From the IMG/VR virus record IMGVR_UViG_2894352420_000001, positions 1 to 64,000 of that record: a DNA stretch of 64,000 nt. One strand, 5' to 3'. The stretch is from a virus (lineage: Duplodnaviria > Caudoviricetes). Below, piece by piece: positions 28,964 to 38,787 of the stretch. The position numbers and the translations under genes are program-made. A model generated the notes under the pieces. It was not told the origin of the DNA, made no database searches, and saw only the letters and a list, made by a program, of their open reading frames with translations. How positions within the stretch are numbered: the stretch's first letter is position 1; each line of letters begins with the position of its first letter.

Positions 28964-29210
28964 ATTCGAAGCTTTAAAACCTTATGTCCGACAATTGCAA
29001 ATCACACATAAACTTCAATCTGAGGCCTATGAATCAGAAAAACGTTCCCACATGTTCGACAACATCCTGCATGAATCAAAAGTGTCTGAATGCCAGACGG
29101 CACTTGACTCCGAAAAAGAGGCCGGGCGAAGGAAAGGCATTAAAGGAGCAATAATTGGAGCTGCTGCAATCACGCTGATTCGAGTTATTGCAAAGGTTGC
29201 CAGCCAATAA
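28818..29210 (+). CDS. Putative spanin-like envelope protein overlapping the previous gene
   Basis: Signal-like segment ending VAAC/YGQ, coiled coil, C-terminal hydrophobic helix. Confidence 0.35.
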   Translation: MKETLTAWQKIWPPIVLLWLSVAACYGQESKVILEQVKYVTALEDSTLKFEALKPYVRQLQITHKLQSEAYESEKRSHMFDNILHESKVSECQTALDSEKEAGRRKGIKGAIIGAAAITLIRVIAKVASQ

Positions 29211-29245
29211 ATACACACACTAACAAAGCAAAACTCACTACCAGC

Positions 29246-29683
29246 GTGGAGAATAATATTGATAAAATCACCGACTTAACCGAGAAAAAGCCTACCCAGG
29301 CAATCATCTACATGCTTCTTACGGCACTGCTATCTCTGTCGGGCGTCATCGTCTGGCAAAATAACAAATTAGGCAATAAGGATGAAGAAAAGGAAGTCGC
29401 AGTAGCCAATCAACTCACAGCCGACAGCAAAGAAATATCCTTTTGGAAAGATCTGTATAAGGATATGAAAAAGGAGAAAGATGATTGCAACAGCCTTGTT
29501 GTGGTGCGCACTGACGCAACTGCAATAAAGGATCAGGAAAGGATAAAATTTCTCGAAGAAAGCATAAAAGGAAGTATAAAATCAACCAAAAAGCAAGCGG
29601 TCAGCATTCAGAAGCTTTCCGAAACGATCCCAACTGTCAAAACACCAACTATTACTCCAAACAATCAAACCAATGAAAACTAA
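29246..29683 (+). CDS. Membrane-anchored coiled-coil protein (holin-like candidate)
   Basis: One N-proximal TM segment, lysis region, ACACACAC leader. Confidence 0.4.
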   Translation: MENNIDKITDLTEKKPTQAIIYMLLTALLSLSGVIVWQNNKLGNKDEEKEVAVANQLTADSKEISFWKDLYKDMKKEKDDCNSLVVVRTDATAIKDQERIKFLEESIKGSIKSTKKQAVSIQKLSETIPTVKTPTITPNNQTNEN

Positions 29684-30113
29684 ACATGTAACCTGGATAA
29701 CTTTGTTGCCTTTGGCTTGCCTCGTTATTTTGCTGGCTATGGGCGTAAAATCTCAACAAAGTCCAACGCAGCAATTATCAAAAGTAGATTCATTGCAAAT
29801 TCCTGCCGGTATTAAATTACCTGACAGCACTCAGATAAAGCTTGTTGTCAGAGCAAAACGACTGGATAAACTTGACAGCCTTCTTTCGCTCGATAGCATG
29901 TTAAAAGCCAGCAATGAAAGGGCAATCGTAAATGTCAAAAAGAAAATTGCACGATTTGAACAGTACCGCAAAACCCCAATAGTTGAGCTGATTCCAAAAT
30001 CAAAGCCTTCCTTGGTCGTCAACCCACCGGTTCTTCCTGACTCGATCCCTTTTAAAAAAAAGCCGAAACGCTCAGTCTTAATGAGGATGAAGGACTTCAT
30101 TAACAAGCCTTAA
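29673..30113 (+). CDS. Membrane-anchored or exported hypothetical protein
   Basis: N-terminal hydrophobic segment; basic Pro-rich C-terminus. Confidence 0.5.
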   Translation: MKTKHVTWITLLPLACLVILLAMGVKSQQSPTQQLSKVDSLQIPAGIKLPDSTQIKLVVRAKRLDKLDSLLSLDSMLKASNERAIVNVKKKIARFEQYRKTPIVELIPKSKPSLVVNPPVLPDSIPFKKKPKRSVLMRMKDFINKP

Positions 30114-30178
30114 AGGCCGTCGGCGGAGACCCCGCCGATTACAAAATCATACACACAATTATAACAGAAATAATTAAA

Positions 30179-30703
30179 ATGGGCATTGTCCTCTGGCTTT
30201 TAGCCAAAATACTTTCTAATCTTCTTTCCATACCCGCTTTCTTTCACACCATCGCAGGAGCAATCCGTTTTAAAGGTGGCTGGAATTACATCAACCGATC
30301 ATTCCTAAATGCGGCCTACGCAGAAGATGTATATGGAAACATCGCATATGCGACTATGCTCAATGATCTGTTCATCAAAAAAGGCGGCTACCACTACGGT
30401 GCCCGGAATGAAACAATCAGCTCTGCCACTGGGAAAAACTGGGTGAACGGCAAACTAGCTTTTTTGGGCATGGGACTTGCCGGTACATTGAACCTGATTG
30501 ATTATCGTAACTGGGAAAAAGGAGGACACTGCTGGGTTTCGATTCAAGGATGGTCTCAGTATGATTTCATTGGCAAGAGACCGCCACGACGTGTGCCGGT
30601 TTATTATACTGCTTCTTTTATCCTGCTTGCTTTCATCCTTCTTTTTGCCCTTTGGAAATTATCCATGTGGCTGATCATCATTCTTCACACACTACTATTT
30701 TAA
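30179..30703 (+). CDS. Phage lysis-region membrane protein
   Basis: TM segments at both ends; DVYGN...ETISSATGKN...HC motif seen in phage lysis cassettes. Confidence 0.5.
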   Translation: MGIVLWLLAKILSNLLSIPAFFHTIAGAIRFKGGWNYINRSFLNAAYAEDVYGNIAYATMLNDLFIKKGGYHYGARNETISSATGKNWVNGKLAFLGMGLAGTLNLIDYRNWEKGGHCWVSIQGWSQYDFIGKRPPRRVPVYYTASFILLAFILLFALWKLSMWLIIILHTLLF

Positions 30704-31158
30704 TGAAAACACAAAAAGAATTAATTGCGAAGCTCGGTAACCCATATACGGCTCTCAAAACGTTTGAGAAAAAATGGATGGAATACTGGGATATCCCAGA
30801 CGACATCAACAAAGAAATTCCTGCCCTACCCAATAAGGTTTACATGAACTACCTGATCATCCAGCCTTTTGAAGACACGATGCGTGAGTTGATTGCGACT
30901 GGTCTTCACAAAGAAATTAAGACATGGGATGGATGCTTTAATGTTCGCACCAAACGTGGACAATCCGGGATTTCTGTTCATTCTTGGGGCATTGCGGTTG
31001 ATCTGAATGCTGCATGGAATACTTTTCATGGAAAAGTTTCCTGGTCAAATGAGTTCTTGGATGTTTGGAGACGCAATGGCTGGATTTGTGGTGCGGATTG
31101 GTCGAAGGCATCCGTTGATGGGATGCATTTTCAGGGAGACAATTTTGTTCCTGCGTAA
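30703..31158 (+). CDS. Endolysin, M15 family Zn peptidase
   Basis: CFNVRTKRG...SVHSWGIAVDLN...DGMHFQ (SxHxxGxAxD plus distal His). Confidence 0.88.
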   Translation: MKTQKELIAKLGNPYTALKTFEKKWMEYWDIPDDINKEIPALPNKVYMNYLIIQPFEDTMRELIATGLHKEIKTWDGCFNVRTKRGQSGISVHSWGIAVDLNAAWNTFHGKVSWSNEFLDVWRRNGWICGADWSKASVDGMHFQGDNFVPA

Positions 31159-31443
31159 TAGGCTTGTCTTCCTAGCAAATATTGATAACTTTGAATCAAG
31201 AATTAAAATAATTGAACAGGTGGCGAAAATAAACGCGCGATCGAGAGTGAGAACAACAACTGATATAGAAGATGTGATACAAATGCTAGCTGTTTTTACA
31301 TCTGAAATTAAGGGCCGTTTGACTTGCATTAATTCATTGATCACTAACCAGATTTAGGATTAAAATTCAAACTGTAAAAAGTCTAGTCGGGTGTGGTGCC
31401 TGGTAAGTTCTCTTGAAGGTTTCAATCCTTCTCTGTTCATAAT

Positions 31444-31480
31444 AAAAATGGCCGGAAGATAAATTCTTCCGGCCATTTTT
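31444..31480. terminator. Bidirectional intrinsic terminator
   Basis: AAAAATGGCCGGAAGA-taaat-TCTTCCGGCCATTTTT between convergent genes. Confidence 0.85.
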
Positions 31481-31483
31481 ATT

Positions 31484-33328
31484 TTATGAAACGTCAATTC
31501 TTTGCAATTGCGTGAAGAGTTCAAGAAACTCGATTGATATGAACTCAGGGAATTCCTCAAAAACGTCTTCTAAAATTTTCTTTTTAAAACCATCATTCTT
31601 GTATTCTGGCTTCTTAAAAAACGGAAATGCATCCTTAACTAATTCCTCTAACCTATGACCAGGGTAGTTCAAAATCCAGTTAGGAACCAAAATTTTAAAA
31701 CCATTAATCATTTTACATTCTGAAAGACCTTCTACCAATAATTCATGATCTGCTTTTATTTTCAATAGTCCTGTAACTTTTTCACTTACTGTTTGCATTT
31801 GATCATTATCAATGCCTGATATTTTCGAAATTTTATCCGTTTCTTTAAAACCAATTTTTTCTTTGTCAATAACCTTTTCTAAAAGAAGAAATATTCCCAA
31901 AAAGAAAGGTTCAAAAAGATAATTTTCAATACTGTACCTTTTGTTCTCGCCTAACACTTTAATATTGTCATAACTGACATTCCCACTGTCATTATCGATT
32001 ATTCCAGCGACATACTTGTTTCCAGCGCTTAATAATTCTTTTGTAAAACGTTTTACTTTTTCGCATCCACCATCCTCTTTTCCTGTTGACACAAAAGTCA
32101 AGGACACATCTTGCAGCAGCTTGTCGCTAATAAGAGAATATATTGAGTTATAAACTATAAAATCAATATTTGATTCAACAAATACTTGCCGTTTGTCCTC
32201 GTACAGTAAATTCAAATTATTCAACCCCGCAGTTAGGGATTTAATAGCTTTCTTTTTTCCAATTTTTATTGGATAACCTTTTTCTCTATCCATTAAATAA
32301 ATTGCAGATTCCGGGACTAATGCTATCGTTGTAGGAGAATGGGTAGTCATTATCACCTTGACGCCATTTGCTCCCACTATTACATCTTGTATGACATCCA
32401 ATAATAATTTAGACATTGAAGGATGTAATAGAGAATCGGGTTCATCAAACAGAATTAATTGAGGAAAATTGCCTCCTATTGTCGATGAGTATAGCGCAAA
32501 AATCAAAGACATAATTGTCTTTTCACCTGAAGACAAAAATAGGAAATAGATCAAATTACCATTTTCAACATCTTTAAGCTGCACCTGTGGAATATAATCT
32601 TCGTTCATTGGTGTTTCGTAAACTACACGGTACTTAAAATTTGCTCTTTCTAAGATTTCATTGAATACTACCCATGGTGCCTTTTTACCGGAAGTTAGGT
32701 GATTGTAATATTTATTTTTTAAGTAAAATTGGTAAAATAACAATTGTATAGAGGGAGAAAACAGCTCATTTAGCACATCAAGAAAAACTATATAATCATT
32801 TATCGTTAGGTCACTTGGTGCCTTATTACTCTTATCACATAAATCTTTAACATATTTAAGCTTATGTTCCTGTATTTTAACAATATCATTTTGGAAATGC
32901 ATAAGATTTGTCGCCAGATTCCCAATCGCATGTGATCTAAAAAATTCCAAAATAACTTGGTTTAGAGCAGCAACTTCTTCCTCCAAATTTTGGTATTTAA
33001 TATGTCTGGTAAGTGATAATGCCATGACAATAGGCCGCAAGATGCCCCAACTCGTTGTTAAGTCATTTACTAAATTATTTTCGTTGCCATCTATATAATT
33101 CAAACCTGGACTTACATAAACGGCATTTTCTAATATCTTATTTTCGTCGTCATATATACCTCCAAAACGCGAATAATCCCGTACCATCCCTTGACATGCG
33201 TTCAAGATCCACTGTAACAATTGAGTTTTACCTGAACCATTTTCTCCTGTCAAAACGGTAAAATCATTTAAATCGATTGGACCGGCATCTTTTAAAATCT
33301 GGTCATTGCCTTGTAAATGTAAAATCAT
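31484..33328 (-). CDS. ABC-type (AAA_15/AAA_21) ATPase fused to a TOPRIM-like domain (OLD/PARIS-like)
   Basis: GENGSGKT, LSSGEK, ILFDEPDSLLHP, MTTHSP; C-terminal VFVES..D, GGCEKV, GIIDND, RYSIENYL. Confidence 0.75.
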   Translation of the reverse strand: MILHLQGNDQILKDAGPIDLNDFTVLTGENGSGKTQLLQWILNACQGMVRDYSRFGGIYDDENKILENAVYVSPGLNYIDGNENNLVNDLTTSWGILRPIVMALSLTRHIKYQNLEEEVAALNQVILEFFRSHAIGNLATNLMHFQNDIVKIQEHKLKYVKDLCDKSNKAPSDLTINDYIVFLDVLNELFSPSIQLLFYQFYLKNKYYNHLTSGKKAPWVVFNEILERANFKYRVVYETPMNEDYIPQVQLKDVENGNLIYFLFLSSGEKTIMSLIFALYSSTIGGNFPQLILFDEPDSLLHPSMSKLLLDVIQDVIVGANGVKVIMTTHSPTTIALVPESAIYLMDREKGYPIKIGKKKAIKSLTAGLNNLNLLYEDKRQVFVESNIDFIVYNSIYSLISDKLLQDVSLTFVSTGKEDGGCEKVKRFTKELLSAGNKYVAGIIDNDSGNVSYDNIKVLGENKRYSIENYLFEPFFLGIFLLLEKVIDKEKIGFKETDKISKISGIDNDQMQTVSEKVTGLLKIKADHELLVEGLSECKMINGFKILVPNWILNYPGHRLEELVKDAFPFFKKPEYKNDGFKKKILEDVFEEFPEFISIEFLELFTQLQRIDVS

Positions 33329-33453
33329 TCTGTTTCAAAATTATAATGGAGGCTACTTTCTTGGCTAATGTAGGTATTTTTTTATCTCGTTTTTGATAAA
33401 GCCGCTAAGCTTATAAATATTCGCTGTCATGTCAATGTTGTCAATATTTTAAC

Positions 33454-33472
33454 ATACTTATATTGTAAGTAT
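33454..33472. promoter_or_regulatory. Palindromic operator copy 4
   Basis: Perfect ATACTTA-tattg-TAAGTAT upstream of the SGNH gene; imperfect -7 box TATATTTA at 33480-33487. Confidence 0.7.
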
Positions 33473-33523
33473 TTTTAATTATATTTACGATATAAAAAGA
33501 TTACCATACACACACTACGAAAA

Positions 33524-36500
33524 ATGGGATTACTTGCCGGGATTGGCGACTTTGGTTTGGACGCAATACTTCAAGCTGCCCTTGATGCAAAAGTAAAAGC
33601 TGTATTGGCTGCAAATTCAGCTGAAGAATCATTAATTTCAGTGCTAGGACCATTTAAACCACAAAATACATCATGGAATGTATTAACAAATACTCCAAAT
33701 TTATCTGCACTTGGATTAGTACAATCCGATCAAGGAAAGTTATGGATTGTTGCAGTTGGCGGGACCAGTAATTTAACCGGAACATCAATAACGTATAATA
33801 TTGGTGATTCAGTTTACTGGAGTGGTCAAAATTGGGTGCGTAGGGCATTCACTATATCTTCAAAAAGTATAGGAACCACAGAACTTAAAGATGCATCCGT
33901 TACGCCTAATAAGACTACGTTCTTTACTTACGGTAAAAATTTATTTAATAAATACCTTGTAATAGAGGGATCAGCTGTAAATAATTCTGGAGCAATACAA
34001 TCTAGTCAATCTACGTACTCAATAAGTGGAAAGTGTTCAGTTTTACCTTTAACGACTTATACTTTGTCTGGGAGTATATTCAGCCCGGCATTTGTTAAGG
34101 TTAGGTTCGAAGACGAGCTTGGTAACTTTTTAGGTGTTTACAATGCTAACAGTGCAAATTTCACAAGCCTACCTGCCACTTTTTCTACACCGGCTAATTG
34201 CACGAACCTTATTTTTAACACAAAAACGGCTTCATCTGGCAATTACGACAACATTCAATTAGAATTGGGTTCCGTAGCTACTTCTTACGAACCATTCAAA
34301 CTTAATGTTTCATTTCCTTTGCTTGGGTTACCACTTAATTCGGTAACAAAAGATTCTATATTAGATAGAGTTGTGTCTGCCATAAAAACAGATTTTATCA
34401 TTGCCGGTAAAAATAAAATTGACAAATCTGCAATTGTTGAAAACTTAGTTATTACTGATACTGGCCTGATAAATGCTTCTAATGGGTATTCTATTGTTAA
34501 ATGTGAAGTAAAGCCATTAGCTCAATATATTTACAGTGGCGTTATGAATGCTCAAAGTGGGGTTAGAATAAGATTTGAAGATTCTTCAGGTACTTTTCTT
34601 GGTGTTTATAACGCTGTGTCGGCAAATTTCACTACCCTCCCTGCTACATTTACGACACCAGCGAATTGTACTAGGTTGTGGATTTCAACTAAAATAAATT
34701 CGACTTCGGATTATAATACTATTCAGCTCGAATTGGGGGCAACAGTTACACAATATGAATCTTTTTATTTAGCGTTAGATTCAATTTATACTAATGCGTT
34801 GAGCTCTTTTTCTAAATATGATATTGATTATATATTATCTAAGTTCAGCGTTAAAGGAAAGAATTTAATTGATAAGAATAAAATAATAGAAGGGTTAACT
34901 TTAAACAATTCCGGGTCGATACTTTCGCTTGCTAATTATTCAATGATTCTTGTAAATGTACTACCTAATACAGCTTACACATATTCTGGAGTAATTGGAT
35001 TTCCTAGTGGAACCAAAGTTCGTTTTGAGCAATCTGACGGAACATTTATTAGCGTTTACAACGCTAATGGCGCAAATTTCACCACCTTGCCTGCAACTTT
35101 TACGACACCAGCGAATTGTACTAGATTGTGGATTTCAACTAAAATAAATTCAACTTCAGATTACAATACTATTCAGCTTGAGCTAGGATCTGTTGCAACA
35201 GTATACGAAGCTTATAAAATAACTATGTCTTCTGATAATGTTGATTTATCCAGCGTTTACACAAAAGCACAGTCGGATTTAATTTATGGAAAGTTGACAG
35301 TTCCATCTAAAAACTTAATAAATAAAGACTTAATTCAAGAAAATAAGGGTTTAACTAATACAACTGGCCTTATTGTAACACAGGCTGGTTATGCTATATG
35401 TCCGGCAGTAGTTGAACCTTCAACTCAATATGTATATTCTGGAACGATGGTTCTACCTCAATATGTTAAAATCAGATTTGAGGATGCTTCCGGTGCTTTT
35501 TTGGGACTTTACAATTCGAATTCCGCTGATTTTTCAACGCTCCCTGCTGTATTTTATACCCCTGCTAACTGTGTGAAAATTTACATTACTGTTAAAACAG
35601 TAGGGACTTCAGATTATAACTCAATTCAATTAGAGAAAGGTGCCGTTCCAACAACGTATATTGCATTTGGCAATAAGATACCATCAAGCCAACTTGATCT
35701 TGTTTTATACTACACAAAGGCGCAATCCGACGCTACTTTCGCTAACGCGGCATCTTTTTATACAAAAGTGCAATCTGATTTGCTATATGCAAAATATACG
35801 ATCCAAGGAAAGAATTTATTCAACAAAGCTGCAGTAATTGAAGGGCAAGCTGTGTCCAATACTGGGGCCATTGTTAATGATGCTACTTACGCAATAACAG
35901 AAAAAATTACTGTAACCCCTTCGACAGTTTATACTCTTTCAGGTGCGATAGGCGGTGCGCCATTTATTAAGATTCGTTATGAGCAATCTGACGGAACTTT
36001 TATTAGTGTTTACAATGCGAATAGTGCAAATTTCACCAACCTACCTGCTACTTTTACGACACCAGCCGGATGTACAAAGGTTATAATAAATGTAAAAGCT
36101 AATTCGACCTCGGATTATAATACTATTCAGATTGAGCTAGGATCTGTTGCAACATCTTACGTTTCATTTGGGAGTAAATTAGATGCCTCAAACATTGACC
36201 TTTCATCGTATTACACTAAAAATCAAACAGATGCAGTCTTCGTAAAACCAAACGTTCCAAGTAAAAATTTAATTGATAAAAGTAAAATAATTGAAGCGCA
36301 AGCTGTAAATAATACAGGCGCAATAGTAAATCAATCCGGTTACGCGATTACCGAAAAAATTACTGTTTTGCCTCTAACATCTTACACTTTATCTGGAACA
36401 GTTCAGAATCCACAGTACGTAAAGATTCGGTATGAAGATGCAGGTGGTGCACTTTTGGGCGTTTATAACGCGAATTCTGCAAACTTTTCAACATTGCCTG

Positions 36501-37303
36501 CAACCTTTACTACACCTAGTCTATGCGTAAAGGTAATTATTAACGTCAAGGCCGCTGGTACATCAAACTACGACACAGTTCAACTTGAATTAGGTACAGT
36601 CGCAACAGGATATACAGCCGGAATAAATAAAATTAATCCAGATTATTTAGATCTAAGCGCGCTGAATTTAAGCGGGTACGTCAGTAAAGCTTCGTATCTA
36701 ATTTGGCAAGGTAAAAAATGGGCTTTTCTTGGTGATAGTATTACTGCCCAAGGCTATTACATTCCATATGTGCAGGCTGTGCACGGATTTACTTGGGAAA
36801 AAGATGGTATTGGTGGAAGTTGTATTGCCCAGGGGAAAGAGGATATTGAAAATGACGGCGTTCATAGAACAGCATTTGTAGACAGAATAGCTGGCATAAC
36901 AGCAATGGCGGCCGATGGAATATTTATTTTTGGTGGAACAAACGACTGGTATTATAATGTACCTATTGGCGTAGTTACTGACACGGTAAAAACTACGTTT
37001 TACGGAGCGCTAAAATATCTGCTAGCCACTTTACAATCTCAAAATGTTGGAAAAACGATCGTGATTTGCACTCCCCTTCAACGTGGCAATAGCCGGGCTA
37101 ATTATACAGCTCAGAAAGCTTATGCAGATGCAATTAAAGAAGTGTCCGGGATGTATTCTGTGCCGCTTCTTGATTTGTTTAATAGCTCTGGAATAACCTA
37201 CGAAAATATTGGTCAATTTACCAGTGATAATGTACACCCTTCCTCCGCAGTTGGCGCACCTTACATTGCTAGGAAGATGAATAGTTTTTTATTTAGAGTA
37301 TAA
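33524..37303 (+). CDS. Fibre- or spike-like protein with six ~150-aa repeated modules and a C-terminal SGNH/GDSL esterase
   Basis: Six KNL(F/I)(N/D)K...IQLELG repeats; FLGDSIT, GGTND and DNVHP catalytic blocks. Confidence 0.8.
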   Translation: MGLLAGIGDFGLDAILQAALDAKVKAVLAANSAEESLISVLGPFKPQNTSWNVLTNTPNLSALGLVQSDQGKLWIVAVGGTSNLTGTSITYNIGDSVYWSGQNWVRRAFTISSKSIGTTELKDASVTPNKTTFFTYGKNLFNKYLVIEGSAVNNSGAIQSSQSTYSISGKCSVLPLTTYTLSGSIFSPAFVKVRFEDELGNFLGVYNANSANFTSLPATFSTPANCTNLIFNTKTASSGNYDNIQLELGSVATSYEPFKLNVSFPLLGLPLNSVTKDSILDRVVSAIKTDFIIAGKNKIDKSAIVENLVITDTGLINASNGYSIVKCEVKPLAQYIYSGVMNAQSGVRIRFEDSSGTFLGVYNAVSANFTTLPATFTTPANCTRLWISTKINSTSDYNTIQLELGATVTQYESFYLALDSIYTNALSSFSKYDIDYILSKFSVKGKNLIDKNKIIEGLTLNNSGSILSLANYSMILVNVLPNTAYTYSGVIGFPSGTKVRFEQSDGTFISVYNANGANFTTLPATFTTPANCTRLWISTKINSTSDYNTIQLELGSVATVYEAYKITMSSDNVDLSSVYTKAQSDLIYGKLTVPSKNLINKDLIQENKGLTNTTGLIVTQAGYAICPAVVEPSTQYVYSGTMVLPQYVKIRFEDASGAFLGLYNSNSADFSTLPAVFYTPANCVKIYITVKTVGTSDYNSIQLEKGAVPTTYIAFGNKIPSSQLDLVLYYTKAQSDATFANAASFYTKVQSDLLYAKYTIQGKNLFNKAAVIEGQAVSNTGAIVNDATYAITEKITVTPSTVYTLSGAIGGAPFIKIRYEQSDGTFISVYNANSANFTNLPATFTTPAGCTKVIINVKANSTSDYNTIQIELGSVATSYVSFGSKLDASNIDLSSYYTKNQTDAVFVKPNVPSKNLIDKSKIIEAQAVNNTGAIVNQSGYAITEKITVLPLTSYTLSGTVQNPQYVKIRYEDAGGALLGVYNANSANFSTLPATFTTPSLCVKVIINVKAAGTSNYDTVQLELGTVATGYTAGINKINPDYLDLSALNLSGYVSKASYLIWQGKKWAFLGDSITAQGYYIPYVQAVHGFTWEKDGIGGSCIAQGKEDIENDGVHRTAFVDRIAGITAMAADGIFIFGGTNDWYYNVPIGVVTDTVKTTFYGALKYLLATLQSQNVGKTIVICTPLQRGNSRANYTAQKAYADAIKEVSGMYSVPLLDLFNSSGITYENIGQFTSDNVHPSSAVGAPYIARKMNSFLFRV
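34651..35178 (+). repeat. Near-identical coding repeats in modules 2 and 3
   Basis: 34651-34728 vs 35101-35178: 78 nt with 4 synonymous differences. Confidence 0.85.
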
Positions 37304-37314
37304 AAAATATAACA

Positions 37315-37521
37315 ATGGACTACAAAGAACTTTTAAAGAAATATATAAAACACGTTGTTGATTGTGAATCAACCGACTTTGTACAGGATATGGAAACTAT
37401 TCCTTGGAAAAAGGATGATAAATATCCAAACCAATATCCCAACCTGGAACAGTTAATTTGGACTAAGGAAGAAATTGAAGCAATAGTGGAACTTTCCGGA
37501 TTCGATGAAAGAGAGGCTTAA
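37315..37521 (+). CDS. Hypothetical protein
   Basis: 68-aa ORF in operon context. Confidence 0.5.
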   Translation: MDYKELLKKYIKHVVDCESTDFVQDMETIPWKKDDKYPNQYPNLEQLIWTKEEIEAIVELSGFDEREA

Positions 37522-37529
37522 ATATTTCT

Positions 37530-38156
37530 ATGAAACAGAACATAAAATTATCTATTCTCGACAACAATGAAGGGCAGATTGAAGGGCTTCCTGCGAATCC
37601 CAGATTTATTAAAGACGCTGACTTCTTAACGCTTCGCCAATCAATCATCGATGATCCGGAGTTTTTGGATATCCGCGAAATGGTGGTTATTCCTTTTAAT
37701 AAAAGGTTTGTCATTATTGGAGGAAATATGCGATTAAAAGCGATTGAAGAAGTCGTTGCTATGCTACAAACTGAATTCGATCAGCTGGTCGAAAGCAAGC
37801 GCCATGAAAGCTTTTTCCTTGACTGGTTTGCTGCAATTACGATGCTGCGTGATAAGAAAGAGGCTCCATGCCGGGTTCTCCCCAAAGACACACCTACCGA
37901 AAAGTTAAGAGCTTACGCCGTCAAAGATAATCTGAGTTTTGGAAAGTGGGACCACGACATGCTTAGCTCAGAGTGGGATCAAAAAGAATTGAAGCATTGG
38001 GGCATGGACGTGCCGAATCTGGTTGACGACAAAAGTGAGGAAGACCCAATTAAAGGCATCAGCAAAAAGCTTCAGGTTGAGTGCGGCGACGTAAACAAAC
38101 TGGAAGATCTTTTTGAAGAGCTGCAAACTCGTGGCTTTGAATGCATTTTAAAGTAA
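37530..38156 (+). CDS. ParB/Srx-like domain protein upstream of terminase
   Basis: ANPRFIKD...FVIIGGNMRLKA motif. Confidence 0.75.
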   Translation: MKQNIKLSILDNNEGQIEGLPANPRFIKDADFLTLRQSIIDDPEFLDIREMVVIPFNKRFVIIGGNMRLKAIEEVVAMLQTEFDQLVESKRHESFFLDWFAAITMLRDKKEAPCRVLPKDTPTEKLRAYAVKDNLSFGKWDHDMLSSEWDQKELKHWGMDVPNLVDDKSEEDPIKGISKKLQVECGDVNKLEDLFEELQTRGFECILK

Positions 38157-38163
38157 GCCACTC

Positions 38164-38787
38164 ATGACAGATCCACGGAGAAAAGATAAACAGAAAGCGA
38201 GCGCAAGACGGGTTATCGTCGCCGAGTGCTATAAGAAAGGTATGACTATCCGTCAGACTTGCGAGGTTGTGATGAAGCAAATGGGACTGGATAAACTACC
38301 AAGTGTCAAAGCTGTTTTTAACGACCGTCATGCCCTTCTGGCTGAATGGAGAAGTGAAAGAATGAGCGACATAGATGATATGGTTCAGCTCGAATTGCAG
38401 CGCATTGATGACGCCGTAATGGTTCTTTGGGATGCATGGCAAAAATCATCTACCGATCATAAGTCCAAATTTACCAAGCGAAAGGGCGAGTTACCAGCAG
38501 CCGGAAAAGGGAAAGGTGACAAGGAAATTGCATCTGACAAAATAACGACAACTCATTTGGAGCAAGGCGAAAAGGAAGAAATCAACTTTGGTGATCCAAG
38601 ATACATTTCTGAAATCCGTTTTCAGCTGATCGAGAGGCGTAAGCTTTTAGGTATGTATGCTCCGGAGAAGAAAGAACTGACTGGGAAAAATGGCTCTCCC
38701 CTACGCGCACCGATAACATTTCTTAGCGCCGAAAATATGACTGACGAGCAGATTGAAAAGTTTTTAAATGATAGGGATAACCACTAA
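38164..38787 (+). CDS. terS: Terminase small subunit
   Basis: N-terminal HTH-like region; KKELTGKNGSPL C-terminal motif; precedes terL. Confidence 0.75.
   Translation: MTDPRRKDKQKASARRVIVAECYKKGMTIRQTCEVVMKQMGLDKLPSVKAVFNDRHALLAEWRSERMSDIDDMVQLELQRIDDAVMVLWDAWQKSSTDHKSKFTKRKGELPAAGKGKGDKEIASDKITTTHLEQGEKEEINFGDPRYISEIRFQLIERRKLLGMYAPEKKELTGKNGSPLRAPITFLSAENMTDEQIEKFLNDRDNH

Noticed and set aside
34651-35178. DGR template/variable repeat pair
   Set aside because: Differences are synonymous and include a T/C change, both copies are in-frame coding modules, and no reverse transcriptase is present in the window.
33900-36700. CRISPR-like periodic repeats
   Set aside because: The period is about 450-500 nt, in frame and protein-coding; there is no repeat-spacer structure and no cas gene.
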